Positions 44,919 to 59,745 of a DNA stretch of 64,000 bases are shown in pieces. The notes beneath the pieces are model-generated. The model was not told where the DNA came from and did no database searches. It saw only the letters and a list, made by a program, of their open reading frames with translations. This stretch comes from Eledone cirrhosa (Eukaryota): NCBI GenBank assembly GCA_964016885.1, contig OZ024745.1, positions 55,738,001 through 55,802,000 of the forward strand, read 5' to 3'. How positions within the stretch are numbered: the stretch's first letter is position 1; each line of letters opens with the position of its first letter. The position numbers were made by a program, and so were the translations under genes.

Positions 44919-45816
44919 GGCACCTTAAAAGGAACTCCATCCCCTTCAAGACCCAATGGAGACTACTCCAGAGAGCGCGATCCTACACAGGAGGCCATAA
45001 TTGCTGTGACCTCTGTATCTCCGAAAGCTATGAGATTCTATTCGCCAAAGGCCCTCTCCTCAACAAGATCTCGGAACACTTCCCTAATTGCATGCACAAG
45101 AACTATGCAAATTACAAAAACTACAGACCCCCCCCCCCCCCCCCCAGCCCCCCGACTGACCCCCCCCCATATCACCCCCAGCCCCACACCGTCCCCCATC
45201 CCAATTCCGTCCCTCCATCTCTCATTATTACCTTCTTTCCTCCCCTCTATCTCTCATTATTACCTTCTTTCCTCCCCTCCAGGTCTTATATATTGTGTTG
45301 TATGCCTCTGAGTAAAGTTCCGTGGCCGCACACACAAATTCACGTATATACCTGCTCATGTTTGCATACGTGCAGTTATGAACTGCTGCACGCACACGTT
45401 CGTGATTTATTTATCTATTTATCTGTATATTTATTTATTTATTAATTAATTTATTTATTTAGTTACTTTATTTACTTATTTATTTATTTATTTATTTACT
45501 TGTTTATTTGTTTATCTGTTTGTTTGTTTGTTAGTGAATAATTAGGTAATGAATAGATAAAAGATAAAAGATAGGTAACGAATAGTGAATGGTAAATAAT
45601 AAATAGTAATTAATTACCTTTCACTATCAGGCCCAGTTTAAAATTTAATATTTTAAATTTTAAATTTGTCCCACTACCTTTTCCCATTATATTATAGACA
45701 CATGTATGTGTGCGAACGAGTGCGTGTTTGTGCATATGCGTTTATGTGCACTTATTTGTATGTATGAATGTGTGTGTCTGCGTATGTGCTTGTATATGTG
45801 TATGTGTATGTATGTA

Positions 45817-45889
<73 letters not shown>

Positions 45890-46178
45890 TTATATATGTA
45901 TGTGTGTCTATGTGTGTATATGTATATATGTATATATATATATATGTGTATGTATGTGTTTGTGTGTGTGTGTATGTATGTGTATGTGTGTGTGTGCATA
46001 TGTATGTATGTGTATGTATAGTATAGTTTATACCGAGAGACATACATATATGTATGTGTGTATATATATATATATATGTATGTGTATGCGCACGTGTGTA
46101 TGTGTAGATATATATATATATGTGTGTGTATGTGTATGCGTGTGTGTGTGTATATTTGTGTGTTTGTGTTTTTTCTCT

Positions 46179-46225
<47 letters not shown>

Positions 46226-46226
46226 G

Positions 46227-46276
<50 letters not shown>

Positions 46277-46986
46277 TATGTATGTATGTATATATATATA
46301 TATATATAAATATGTGAGTGTGTGTGTATAGGTATGCATATATATATATATGTGTGTGTAAGTGTTTATGTATGTGGTTGTGAGTATGTAAATATATTTT
46401 ATTCTTTCCATTCTACAAAAACACTCTGGCCACCTGTGGCTTGTATGTTAACTTGACCACTCACCTCAGTCTGTGCCATGATTCGGTCTTGTTTACCTTA
46501 TATTACCAACCCACCTAAAAAAATGTCCTTACTATATATCTGTTGAATTACTATTCTTGGGGTTTTTATTTTTTTTTTTTTTCTATTTTTTTCCTATCTA
46601 TTTTCTTTATTTATTTATTCATTTATCTATTTATTCATTTATTTATTTATTTATTTATTTACTTATTTATTTACTTCAAAAAAGCACTCTGGCTAATTGA
46701 CCACTCCCCAAAGAAAAAACGGCCTGTGCCATGTTGTGGTCCTGTGTATCTAAATACCATCCTACCCCAAAAAATTCCAACCCCTCCAGCCACCACCCCT
46801 CCCTTACCACTACCTAAATGTATAAATACCAGAACTTAATATGACACCCAGCTTCCTGAAGAATTCATCTGAATGAAACAGTACTAGTCCTGTAGAAGCG
46901 CCTTCTATAAAATAAAAAATGTTTACTCTGCCATGTATTAAGTACCTTACTTACTGTGGTTATCCCTGACTCAACCCGGGACCTAC

Positions 46987-46988
<2 letters not shown>
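44915..46988 (+). mobile_element. 3' portion of a Naiad-like PLE (family H): ORF end, microsatellite-expanded UTR, HHR
   Basis: IWHLK.....TQWRLL.RARSY.GG..CCDLCISE...LLNK.SE....CMH at 44915-45130. TATAAATA at about 46821; HHR at 46851. Linkage of ORF and HHR in one element is inferred. Confidence 0.65.
46851..46899 (+). ncRNA. Canonical type I hammerhead ribozyme
   Basis: Stem I GCTTC/GAAGC; CTGAAGA; stem II ATTC/GAAT; GAA; stem III ACAG/CTGT with near-palindromic loop TACTAGTC; GUA triplet with predicted cut after 46894. Confidence 0.85.
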
Positions 46989-47040
<52 letters not shown>

Positions 47041-47136
47041 TGGCTGCCAACTCGTTTTCGAGTACGGCCACTACTTTATATCCACGTAGGAGAACGATGC
47101 GCTGAACGTGTGTGACTTTTTAGTCCACCCAGCGAC

Positions 47137-47184
<48 letters not shown>

Positions 47185-47581
47185 CATAATATAATATGAT
47201 ATATAGTAAATGAATGAATAATAACCTGGTTGGCTGTACAAAAAGTGTTTACTTACAGTATTAATCAAGTGAGTATTGATCAGGCAAACACTTTAATTAA
47301 GATCGAGTGACATAATTACTAGCGATCACCGGCTTTTAGACTCACCTGATTAATGAAACAATTGTTAATATAGTAAATAAACCCGCTTTGTACAGCCGAC
47401 CATGTTATTCTTCATTCTTTTATTATTATTACTCCAAGAACCACCGGGTTGGGAAATCCCTTAAACTTGCCACCTAAATAAGGAAACTTTTGAATCGAAC
47501 AACGCCGTACGTTAAAATTATCCTCAACACAGAGTACTCACAACCTGTAGCTGGATCACCTTAAACGATATCTTGTTATGC

Positions 47582-47613
<32 letters not shown>

Positions 47614-47807
47614 GAATGCCACATTTTTTAAATATGCTCATTATATGAATACATAAAACTCTTTAGGACGAGTGAAGAGAACAGAAAATATTGATGGATC
47701 TTTCACATTATTGAAAAGAGAAATGTGTTTCACATTAACATGTATTGAGAAGAGGAAGGTTAATTAGCCGATTTTTAATGTTCTATTCTTATTTATATCA
47801 ATGTTAT

Positions 47808-47808
47808 G

Positions 47809-47873
<65 letters not shown>
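47808..47873. repeat. (ACT)n microsatellite
   Basis: Directly visible. Confidence 0.95.
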
Positions 47874-48616
47874 AATAATGATAATAATAATTATTATTAT
47901 TAATATCAAATTAATATTAATAATTGATTATTAATTATTTATTGTTCAATAATATTTATGAATGCAAGGGCAATCATGCACTAATTATCATCAATAAAAA
48001 ACCAAATATTAATTAGGAAAGGAATGAAGTTGCCACGTATATTTTACAGATTATTTGTTCTTTTAGTTAAAAACATCGTTTCTTCATTATATTCCTTTCA
48101 ATGTTATGAATATGATATTAAACATTCACCTAATTCCATATGATGTATTTTCCTACTAAAACGTTAACAGCTATATGATAAATGCATTAGTTTCCGTGTA
48201 TTGGTTGTGTGCATTATTTGACAGGTTATTGTGATTATACCTGTACAACATATAATTATATTTCACTCTAATTAATTTTTTTTTCAATTTTCCCATGCAT
48301 GAAATGACATCAACGTTTTAAGTGGCGTAATATTCGGGTAGTTTGCATATTGAGCTATTTTTACTCTTAGTCTTTTATACTGTATATCCCTGTTTTATTT
48401 CTTAGTGACATATCTGAAATATGAAACGGCTAGACATTATAAACCCAGCAGCGAGTATGCGTGTTGTGGACAATTTCATCCCCTGGTGGATACATTTAAA
48501 TCAAACAATTTATTTGGTATACGTATTTTCTGCCATTGGAATCTCCTGCATAGCATGATACTACATGTAGATTATACATAAACTATAGCATTCATATTGA
48601 CTCTATATATTTCCTT

Positions 48617-48685
48617 GATAAAATAAAGGTCCAGTAATGCACTGAATAAGTGCTGGCCTTGTGCCAAATATACAAACAATTATTA
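48617..48685 (+). mobile_element. SINE S1 3' fragment
   Basis: GATAAAATAAAG..CCAGTAATGCACTG...GCTGGCCTTGTGCCAAA. Confidence 0.7.
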
Positions 48686-50924
48686 AGGAAATAAACAATT
48701 CAAGTATAATTAACATTTTATTTTCCTTTCGTTTTGTATTTGTGATATAAAAGATTATCATTATATCGATCTAAGAAAATATTTAGTCAATATCTATCAT
48801 GTTAAACCAATTTAGATTTCTAATTAAGAGAGACGATGATGTTCACTTAAAATATTGGATTTGACTTTAGGAGTACGTATAAAAGGTTGCACTAGACAAG
48901 AAACTTAACTTACTTGTTAAACTGAAATGTACTTATTACATACGCTTGTGATTAAAAAGGAAGTTTTGAGCATGATTTCACATTTATTACCAATTTTGTC
49001 TTTTATTTAAGTTGTGCCGCTATATATTTAAATACAGAAACTTACCGTGACTTCCAAATGTATGCAGAGTATACACATTCATAGATATATATACATATAA
49101 CAATTATATTAAATGCATTATGTCTCAAAGTATACATAATCACGTATAATACAAAATATCATCTCTACTTCTATTGACATTTCAATTCAGATTTACAGAA
49201 GATTATTATTTCAGTGCCAATGTCCAATGGAAAGTCGAGGAAATCTACCATTCAAACAAATGATAAGATAGACTACAAACGGAATGGACAAGATTTATTA
49301 ATGACAAATGAGGGCAGCGCATGTGACAGCCAACATCAAGCTGTTCCAATGAAGCCATCCAGAATAGCCAGAAGAAAAAAAAAACCTTTTATCCTTAATT
49401 AGCTAATTGTCAGCGAGAGGGAGTAAAAACTGAAATATGCTAAGGATGGATTGTATATATGTACAGAAATATACGGTTTAAAAGATGATAAAAGGCTGTT
49501 CATAGCAATTAACTGCTCCTTACACAACAATGACATACGTTCACAACCTCATGCCATATGTCAGACGGAGTTTCGAAATGTAGTCATTGTTACAGTGAAT
49601 GCAGTATTTGCACGTCTAAATCAATCAATATAAGCCTTACTGATAAACAAAAAATAGATCATGAATCGCAAACTAGATCAGAAAGGAAAGCCATGTCCAT
49701 CAGGTAATATAAACTATTGTTCATAATATACAACTATTGCAGGAATGATGGATCTCGCATTCTACTTGCACGCACGTTTTTATCAAACGTACGGCCAATA
49801 AATCTCTCATAAACGAAATCTTATATATACCCCAAAAATACACAATTTACAACAGTATTTTCTTCAATTTACAAAAAATTGCGTTTTTATCATCTAGAGA
49901 TGTGAAATTCATAAGAATACAAATGTGTCATTACTATGCCTTTCTATGTTTTCGTCTGTATGTATTTAGTTAAATATTTAGTTTAAAGGATGTAACTGAG
50001 CACATATTTGAAACAATTGCAAATGTTTTATTGTACATGTCTGTGCAGAATACTATTATAAATATTTCTTACATTTGCTTCCCACTAAAAGTAATACTGA
50101 TGCGGCTGATATCCCGCTTGAATAGTTGTTAAATGACAGTCATAAAAAGATTTTTCTAGATTAGAAATTCAAATGAGATAAAGTTGTTATCTGAAACATC
50201 TATGTAAATTGATTAACAGAGAACACATTGATAGAAACACTACAAGTCACCAGAGAACTTGAATGGAACTCGTATCCACAGAGAGTTAGAAAAGCTGGCA
50301 TGGTGGCAATATTTTTCAGGAGGATAAGAATGCATTGCTGTGATATGAATTAAAAAAAGCCAATACTACGTGTTTGGGCCAGATATTTCAGAGTTCTCGT
50401 TTTCCTTGTCAAAACAGTCAGTTGGATATATTTTCTTGGATTTCAATCATGATTTTGAGTACTATAACACAATGTATACCTACCTTTCTTGACAGAAAGT
50501 GACAGAATAGCATAACTTCAATAGATCTTATTGGTGTAAGACGCACATGCGAGACGGAATATATGCGAGAGAAATTAAGTGTGTTGGACGGTGTTTTTTA
50601 GTCTCTCAATATTCAGCGATTGAAAAGCGTTATACAACTTTAGTTCTGTGCTGCAGTGTGAGAGACGGTTTAATTCGAAGGCTGAATAATAATGGATATC
50701 ATCCTTGGCCATTTTCGCATTAAAGAATGATAATAGAGATGGTGTCGATGAAATGCTGTCTAAGTCTGAACATTTAAAGAGTGAGAATATTTTGTAGTTG
50801 GAAATGACTAAGAAAGCACATGCTGCGATGTAACTGTATAAGGGTGTTTTTCTTACGTTTTCATCACGGATTTCTTGAAGGAGTGGGTAGGAGTTCTGTG
50901 TCCTTCATTTGTATTGTTATTCTT

Positions 50925-51480
50925 AAAAAGTATTTTTTAAAGTTTACCCCTTTAAGAATGTTTTTCGTTTTCTTTTCTTTCCGTTCGCTGTTTTGTCCTT
51001 TCTTTGTTAATTTTCTTAAGTTTATCTACTAATGTGACGAACGTGTTCATCTATTCTCCCCCCCCACTCCACCCCCACCATTTATTGAAAAGGTTACTGT
51101 TACATTTTTAAACGCATTATCTTACTTTCTTCTTCTTACTTTTTCCTCCTTTCTTTCTTCGTTTCATTTATGTCTCTCGTGCTATAAAAGGCGCTACACT
51201 ATTTCTCTGATCTCACACAAAATTCTATGTACACTTAGTTTAATTACTCTACAGAACGTCGTTTCACTTATGTTAGATGAAGTGATTCCGGGTGCAGAAG
51301 CGGTACACTTGGAAGGTGCCGAAACTGCCAAACTCCATCTAATGAGCCAATAACCACGGCCTTCTGGCCCTTCGTTTGAATTATAATTCGTTAATGATTC
51401 TCCTTAAAAAATTGTTTTTCATTTTATTTTATCTCCGTTCGTTGTCTTGTCCTCTCTTTGGTAATTTTTTTAAGTATATA
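50925..51480 (+). repeat. Old pLTR-like element with ~80-bp diverged direct repeats
   Basis: About 50945-51028 resembles 51402-51477; TATAAAA at about 51183; decayed HHR-like arrangement 51274-51342. Confidence 0.4.
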
Positions 51481-51950
51481 TATATATACATATGAGCCAG
51501 TAAGTGCGTGTGCGTGTGGGCTTTTGCGTACGTGCTTGTGTGTGTGTATTTATTTATTCATTTTATATCTTTTTAATTGCTTTCATGTGCACCTCAAACC
51601 CAGATATTGACAAACACATGCGCACACAAATATTTTTCCTTGGGTTTTGCGTTCACTCCATGTTAAGTTGGCCTTCCAAAATGTATTAGTAAAACAGCTT
51701 AAACCAGTTGTAATTTTGATTTTATATTTAAAGAAAGCCACTTAAACAATTATATACGCTATACCTACACTACCAATGTTATCTTAAACATCAAACATCA
51801 AAATGTTAATATCGGCACAGTAATGTTAATGCCCTGAATCTATACGTATATGTCAATAACTATATATACACAGACACACATACAAACACACACACAGGCA
51901 CACACACACATACATACACACATACATACACACACAGATACATATATTCG

Positions 51951-52038
51951 CAACATAACCCTCCCAAAGTATAACAATATTGGTTTCAACACACGTTTTC
52001 AGATAAAGAGATCTTGCTAAACAAATTCAGAAACAAAA
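51951..52038 (+). mobile_element. Solo family A pLTR end plus tail
   Basis: Matches 1486-1571 and 44776-44861; lies between microsatellites. Confidence 0.85.
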
Positions 52039-52167
52039 TATATATATATATATATATATAGTAATAATAATAAATTTGAAGACTAAAATCCAGCGAGGGC
52101 TCGATAAGGATAAATATATAACAGATATATAAGAACCGTAGAGCAAATATTTATTATGATATTTTGA

Positions 52168-52310
<143 letters not shown>

Positions 52311-53627
52311 AAGTATGCATGTATGCATTATATCATATAATATAATAATTAACTGTATTATCCGCTTGGGCGTAACCGAAATTTGGTGGTATTGTCACAC
52401 TAGTGTATGTAAATCTTATTCTTTGTGGTTACGTCTGAATTCTTATGTAGCATAGATGTTTACAATACGCAATATTTGAGGTAAGATTATTGTGCAATTA
52501 TCGAACCAGAGCTACTATAAATTCATACACATTTCACCATATTTTGTGTATTGACTGCCTAATATAACCGTGTCCTTAAATTTATGTATATGTGTGTGCC
52601 TGTGTTTGTGTGTATTCATATATTAATGTATATATATGTGTGTGTATATATGTATGTGTGTTTATGTGTATCTATATATGTAAATATGTATGTATACTTA
52701 TTCATATTATATGTTTATGTTTGTGTCTGTGGGCACGCCAATAATAGTACATGCATATAATGAGAAACAGTAGGTTTCTTTGATATCACGCTAAGGAACT
52801 AAATGTGTCCTTATTTCTTGCATAATTTAACAAAATCCCTTAGATGCTTGCACAAATGTATGCATTGCCGGTCTTCTACTTATGCATTAAAACCATACCT
52901 ATTTGCAAGATATAAACATCATCCGGCTTTTTAAAAATTCTACAAAACATACAAAACATATATAAACAAGACTTATATACATACTCATCATGCATATATG
53001 TATGAATGATTTGTTTTCTCAATATTCAATCGTGTCCTGCTGGCGATCATCGTTTTCATAATTTATTTTGTTTTCAGAAAGATACGCACAAATATCCTTC
53101 TTTTTAGTAAAGCGGAATTTCCGAGCGGAAATATTTTCATTCCGATATTCTCATTTTAATTTCAATACTCTAAGAAATGTATTATTTATAGAATAAATAA
53201 TATAAATATATGGAGTTTCAAAGTTCCTTTGAAAGTGATACGCAACACATTTTCTTTTTGCATTACTGATATATTTTTTTCTTTCCTTGCTGGAAAATAT
53301 ATATATTCTAGTATAAAAGTGTGGAAATATATTTGAGCAATACGTTTGCATTAACACACACATTAATTCCTTATAAGCTTTTTTCAGTTCACACAGTAAT
53401 TGTATTCAATATATATATATATATGCCAATATATATATATATATGCGAGTACATCGTGTGTATTCAATATATTCCTATGCTCATAACGTATGAATATATT
53501 CAATATATCCATTAAACACTCGCATCTGTATGTTCAGGGCATCCTATGAATATGTGAGTGTATATGTTACACACACACACGTACACCCACATAATGCACA
53601 CTCACACACACACACACACACACACAT

Positions 53628-53670
<43 letters not shown>

Positions 53671-53684
53671 TACATATATACATT

Positions 53685-53717
<33 letters not shown>

Positions 53718-54494
53718 ACTTATATATATATATATATATACATATATATATAAATTGAGAGAGGGGGGAGAGAAAGATGAAGTGAGTGAGAAAGAAAGTT
53801 AGAGAGAATACAGAGAAGAGAGTAATAAAAGAGAGAATGAGGAGTGTGAGTCAGAGATAAATGATAGTTTACAGCGAAAATAAAATACAGAACAATTTCC
53901 TCTGTATTTTCCTTTCTTCTTTTCGTTTTAGTGAATATGAAATATTTATGTTTAAGAAGATATGAAACTTAAACCAGGATGCATCATTACTGTGTGCTTT
54001 ATAATATGCACACAGCACAATTGGCATCGTTATTTTAGTGGGGAGATCAAAAGTATACTGTTACATATCTGCATTTACGTATGCATTTCTATTTGAATTA
54101 TGGCTTCAATTCATATACACAATGCTATGCAATATAAATAAATAGTTATAGAAAACTATATCATTTCTTTATTTATTGTTAAATACTTGTCTTTGTAAAG
54201 TATCAATCTATATTGATTATTCGTGATCGATCAGTTCTTCATTGAATTTCTTTAAGACATGTAGCTAGAGTCTGCTTTATTCTATATTTCTCTTTCTCTC
54301 TCTATGGAAGGATACTGATAAAGTAATACAATGAAATAAGATAAAATAAAACGCACTTCTATATAATTTCTTTAAATTGAGCTGAAATATAGATGATGAT
54401 GATGAGCATGATGATGATGATGGTAATGATGATGATGTAGAGGAGGAGGACCTTGGGCGTGGCGATGTCGACGATACGGACGACTATATCACGC

Positions 54495-54538
54495 AGAAGA
54501 AGAAGAAGAAGAAGAAGAAGAAGAAGAAGAAGAAGAAG
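54495..54538. repeat. (AAG)n microsatellite, with (GAT)n at about 54393-54437
   Basis: Directly visible. Confidence 0.93.
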
Positions 54539-56645
54539 GTTATATGCTATTGAGTAAATATATGTTTATGGATCATATCTTGTGTATTACGAATATACAA
54601 TTTTTATCACGCACCATAAAATAAACGTGAATACAGATACATTGTGAAAGTTTGTCGTTATGTCTTTCAGATTAATGTATTTTGAAAATAAGTTTTCTGA
54701 TATAACAACGCTAAAAATGTTAAGGTATTCATCTAGTTATTGCAAATTTAACTCCATTATTTAACTTCAAAGGGATAAGTAATGCGATTGCCGTACCTGA
54801 TTATATAGCAACTCCAAAGTATTTTCCGCTTATTTTTAATTCTTTACAATTTGGATGGGAGCATTGATCTATTCACTACCTTGTGAACTCAGTATTCTTT
54901 AAGTACATAAACAAAAGCCACAACATATTATATCACAGGTTAGAATCTGGAGTAGAGGATTGCGTATTTAAGAAAGAAAATTGTGATCGTAATCCATAAT
55001 ACATCAAATGATGATAACTCTACTAATTCTTTACTGGCTATCAGTTAATCTAACTTAAATCTCGGGTATATTTCCCTAAAGTATAACTTTAATTTAAATG
55101 AACATGTCTAGCGGAGTCGAATTGTTAATAACGTATATTATTATGAAACGTATATGTAAATATAAAACTGAATCAAATCAGCTACTGCCTGTTTATACGT
55201 AGTGAGAGTAAAATTGCTTTACTTTTGTCGATGATTGGAAATATATTACTATTATCCCATCTCATCGACTTTCCTTTATAAATATGATGCATTACTTTTG
55301 ATAAAAAAGAATTCATTTTTATTATTTTCGTTTTTAATAAACGCCATAGGTGTGCAGCTAGAATATTGAAAATATCACTATATGGAACTGATTTGATCAC
55401 TTATTGCGAATTTATAATTTGATTTTTGCGAATAGCTCTTTTGTAAAATACATCTATTTAAAGTTATCACGCAAGTAAAATACAACAAAGCTTCCAAGCT
55501 TTATTATGGGACTTATTGTATAACACTCAGTCAAAAACCTAATATGATTGAAACATGTTTGGCTAAGTTCGTACGCTAACTCAAAGTTTAAAGTGTTTCA
55601 GTTTGAATTCACTGGAAATGCACTAAATCTGTTTACACGACATATTGTATGAATAGCTAAAGCAAATTCACTTCATTTGTACACCTTTGAAATAATCTTA
55701 TGAATGTAATACACTTGTTTTGTATTTTTTTTTCATTAAATGTAGTTGACAAAATACTACCTCAAGTCGAGTCTGCTTCATTTTATATAGCTTATATATT
55801 GATTCTTCTTTTTGCCTTTTACATACTAATTTTCATATACATTTCGAATTGCGAGATTTCTTCCAATGTCTACTTATTCGTAATATAAGTATCAGTTATA
55901 AACTGTTGATGTACACTTACTCATATTTTCACAACAATTCAGACGATTTAATAGGCTGAATATTTATCGATACAAAATTTATATTTGCCTATCTTCATGT
56001 TATATATATAATTTAGATAAATATATCTAATTTACTGTTCGATACATTTCTATCGGATATTTTGATGACATTTTAGAAACTTTGTTTTTCAAAATTAAAT
56101 ATCAGTAAATGATCTGTTATTCGAGTCATGAGACATATCTTGTTATTTCAGATATATCCTGAAGAATATATTTCCTTGATTAAATCATAATAAAATTGAA
56201 ACACAACCGGAATAATGCAATGTCGAGAAAAGAATATTTTTCATTGATGACTTGTGCCTTTTTCTCTACAAAATGATTGCATATGTAGTTAGCTATCTTT
56301 TTTGTTGCAAGACGGAGTTGGGGTGTATATTAGATACGTAAACAAAACAATTCACTTGGTTCTTAATTTATCGAGGATCGTAATTATTTAATAACTCAAT
56401 ATTTATACATTTATTTTGATACCGAACTAGCATAAAATCTTGAATATTTAATTAATAATTTAAGCATTAGGAAGTAGGGAAACATCAGAATAATATGCTT
56501 TGTAGATGAGAAGAAACCAGTTCTAAGACTCTCTCACGTGGTCTTCACGCTACGATCAAAACACTATTAACCGATGGTAAATAGTTACCGCCTCTTTTGT
56601 TTTATTTAATGTTTTGTTTTATTTAATGAAAGTATTATCATTATT

Positions 56646-56812
56646 AGAGGGCCGGACATGCTTTCCAGCGTAGTTACGTCCCTTTACGATCTGAGTTCAA
56701 ATCCCGCCGAGGTTAACTTTGCCTTTCATCCTTACGGGGTCGATAAAATAAAGTACCAGTAATGCACTGGGTAATTGCTGGCCTTGTGCCAAAAGTAGAA
56801 ACAATTATTATT
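56646..56812 (+). mobile_element. SINE S1 copy, 5'-truncated
   Basis: B-box, core and 3' end as in 9952-10142. Confidence 0.85.
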
Positions 56813-57280
56813 AAGAAATATAATACTCTAATTATTTTTAATCGATAACCTTAAATTATTCTAACCAAATCAACTAAAATGGAATTATATCTTCCCTCTC
56901 TATCGTCTGTCCTTTTTGTGTCAATTTGTCGATATATTTCCTTCGTTATTATCTACATAACATAATTAAGATCAAGTATCTATAATATCAAGCGATGAAA
57001 GAACTTCGATATTCATAAATATATGACTGCAATTCCATATTCCCTTACGTAATGAACAAATGTGTAGTAATATTAATCATTTGAAAATATGCATATTTAT
57101 CGGTTGCTTATAGCAATATCACTTCGGATGGGTATGCATTAGATATATGCATCTAAATTGCAGTCAATATTCAAACTGAATATGAACTTAGGTGTGTTTA
57201 AATATAAAATTTAAAAGAATTCGATTAATATTTTATCTGTAATAGACATAGATACTTATACGCGGTCTCATAAACATCGT

Positions 57281-57438
<158 letters not shown>

Positions 57439-57559
57439 CATAATGTTCATGATTTGATAGGTTTATGCAGGTACTAGCATGGGGAATGTCTAACATGCCA
57501 CCACACACCACGGGAAATTCTTTCCGATCAAGTTTCATTCCATAGTCATATGTTTGTCA

Positions 57560-58890
57560 CTACGACCCAGTGTATTGAAGAGATTGTTGCCAGGTACGTA
57601 TCTCAGGGATGTGGGCTTGTTCTCAATTTCCTGGAGGAATTTGTTTAGGAATAATTTGAATTTTATGAGATCAGTTTCTTTCGTGAGTGTTATGATATTA
57701 AAGAAAGCAGGGCAAGTGGAAATTAACTAATTCTCTTATAAGGCTGGCTTGAGACACAAGATCGAATTTTATAGGAGCTGAATGGCACAGGAACGAAGGA
57801 TTGGGTAGATTATAACGTAAATGCCTACATTTTTTGCGCAATGTTATACAAATGGTGTAGCTCTGAATGCGGCATTGGAGAGTAGGGTTTTAGTCTGTTT
57901 CCCTTCGACCCCCAATAACCAAGATTTGTAATAAAATCTGTTGTTTTCTTTAATTGAATTCTAATTTGCTTCAGTTAACATATATTTTGCTTCGTGAGAG
58001 GAGACCTCAAGCTGCAGTCGGGCAAATGTAGAGAATAGAAGATTAATGGTGTGAGAATCTCTAGACTGGAATATTTTCAGAATAGAGGAATCTGTCGTGC
58101 AAGACATGTCAACTTTCTTGTTTATGTGGATAGTACAGGTTAGGTCGTTATTGACAACTACACCAGGGACTCTGGTGTTGTATGTCACTAGAATTATGTA
58201 GTTGGGATGAGAAATGATAACATAAGTCCATCCACATTTCCAACGTAGATTATCTCATATTCTTCATCGTATATTAGCGTATTGTGTTTTGGGTTTTATT
58301 CCAACTATTTTATAACAGGAAGAAAATCTGATTAAAATAATATTTAGTCTTTCACTCTGATAATGAAGCGGAGATTGTAATCGTCTGTAAAGATTCATAT
58401 TTTGTTGAGCTTGATGGCATTGATAAAAATATATATAGTGAATGAAAGTGAGCCGCACACTATGTCTTGTGGGATAACACTACTGATATTTGCTGAGTTT
58501 GATATTGTACCTTTGATCAAGCAAGCTGAGATCTCTTCACTGGAAAACACTGAATCCTCTGTAGTTTGTTTTATACAGATTCCAGGTTTGCATAGTTTCT
58601 TTAATAGGATGCTGGTGTCGACCCTGTCAAATGTCTTGTTACAATCAAGGTAAATACTGTCTGTGCTGCTGCACCCTCTCAAACCTCAAATGGTGAAATG
58701 AAAATGATGGAGCAATAGTGTTAGGCTCGCTATGATGGAAACCATGCTAGTTAGGATTCAAGTAATTATTACTTTCGAGGAAGTGAGTTATTCGTAATTT
58801 CACCATCTTTTCAGATACCTTAATCATATGAGAGGTGAGTGAGATCCGACCGTAATTCACTGCCGTAGACTTGTTTCTCTTTTTTGAAAA
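57560..58890 (-). mobile_element. Older, decayed relative of the CR1-group LINE at 4376-6868
   Basis: IYLDCNKTFDRVD and FQSRDSHTINLLFSTFAR; nucleotide similarity to 4510-5840. Confidence 0.85.
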
Positions 58891-58956
58891 CTAAGACTAC
58901 ATGTATGTTGTTTATTGTATATAGACATGTAGTAAATATGTTCATATACATCCCAA

Positions 58957-59038
<82 letters not shown>

Positions 59039-59567
59039 CAACATACATTCCTGCGTACACAATACACCAAATATTTCCCATTCCGTATTAATTAATCATT
59101 ACAATTAGAGGGAAACTGGATTCCCTCATCATGAGTACATCAAATGTACATTCGTTTTAACAACTTATATTAACGACGCCGAATTAATCGGAAGTGAATT
59201 TATATTTCACTGCATATCAATTTCTTAAAGCATCAAGAACATCCATTCAATATCCTGTAAGGCATTTTAGCATTTATCTCCCCCACCATCACCATATTCG
59301 ATATGCTGTTTTTCCTACGGCGCGTATTTTCAGAGCAGAAATATTGGAAGATTAAGTACCTAATTATGGCGAGGTTTCATAAAAGGCAGAATTCACTTAC
59401 GAAAACCAGTTTCGTTTACATAATATGTTTGCAATATATATTTCTAATGCATTCATTTTTACAATTGATTTATTTTCCTGTCGCACACGATCGTGCTTTA
59501 AATCATATTCAGTTGGTATAAGCTTTCATTGTTGTATTGTTTGGAAGCCTATCGCCAAAATAAGAAC

Positions 59568-59745
59568 AATAATTGTTTCTACATTTGGCACAAGGCCAGC
59601 AATTATCCAGTATATCAGTGGTACTTTATTTTATCGACCCCGTGAGGATGAAAGGCAAAGTTGACCTCGGCGGGATTTGAACTCAGAATGGAAAGGGCCG
59701 TAACTCTATGCGTCAAAGCTCTACCGATACTGCCAATCTACCGCC
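59568..59745 (-). mobile_element. SINE S1 full-length copy with 15-bp TSD
   Basis: Reverse complement of S1; AATAAGAACAATAAT at 59559-59573 and 59750-59764. Confidence 0.88.

Noticed and set aside
50280-50850. Possible decayed GIY-YIG or transposase remnant
   Set aside because: Only a weak R..QH-like match; not supportable by eye.
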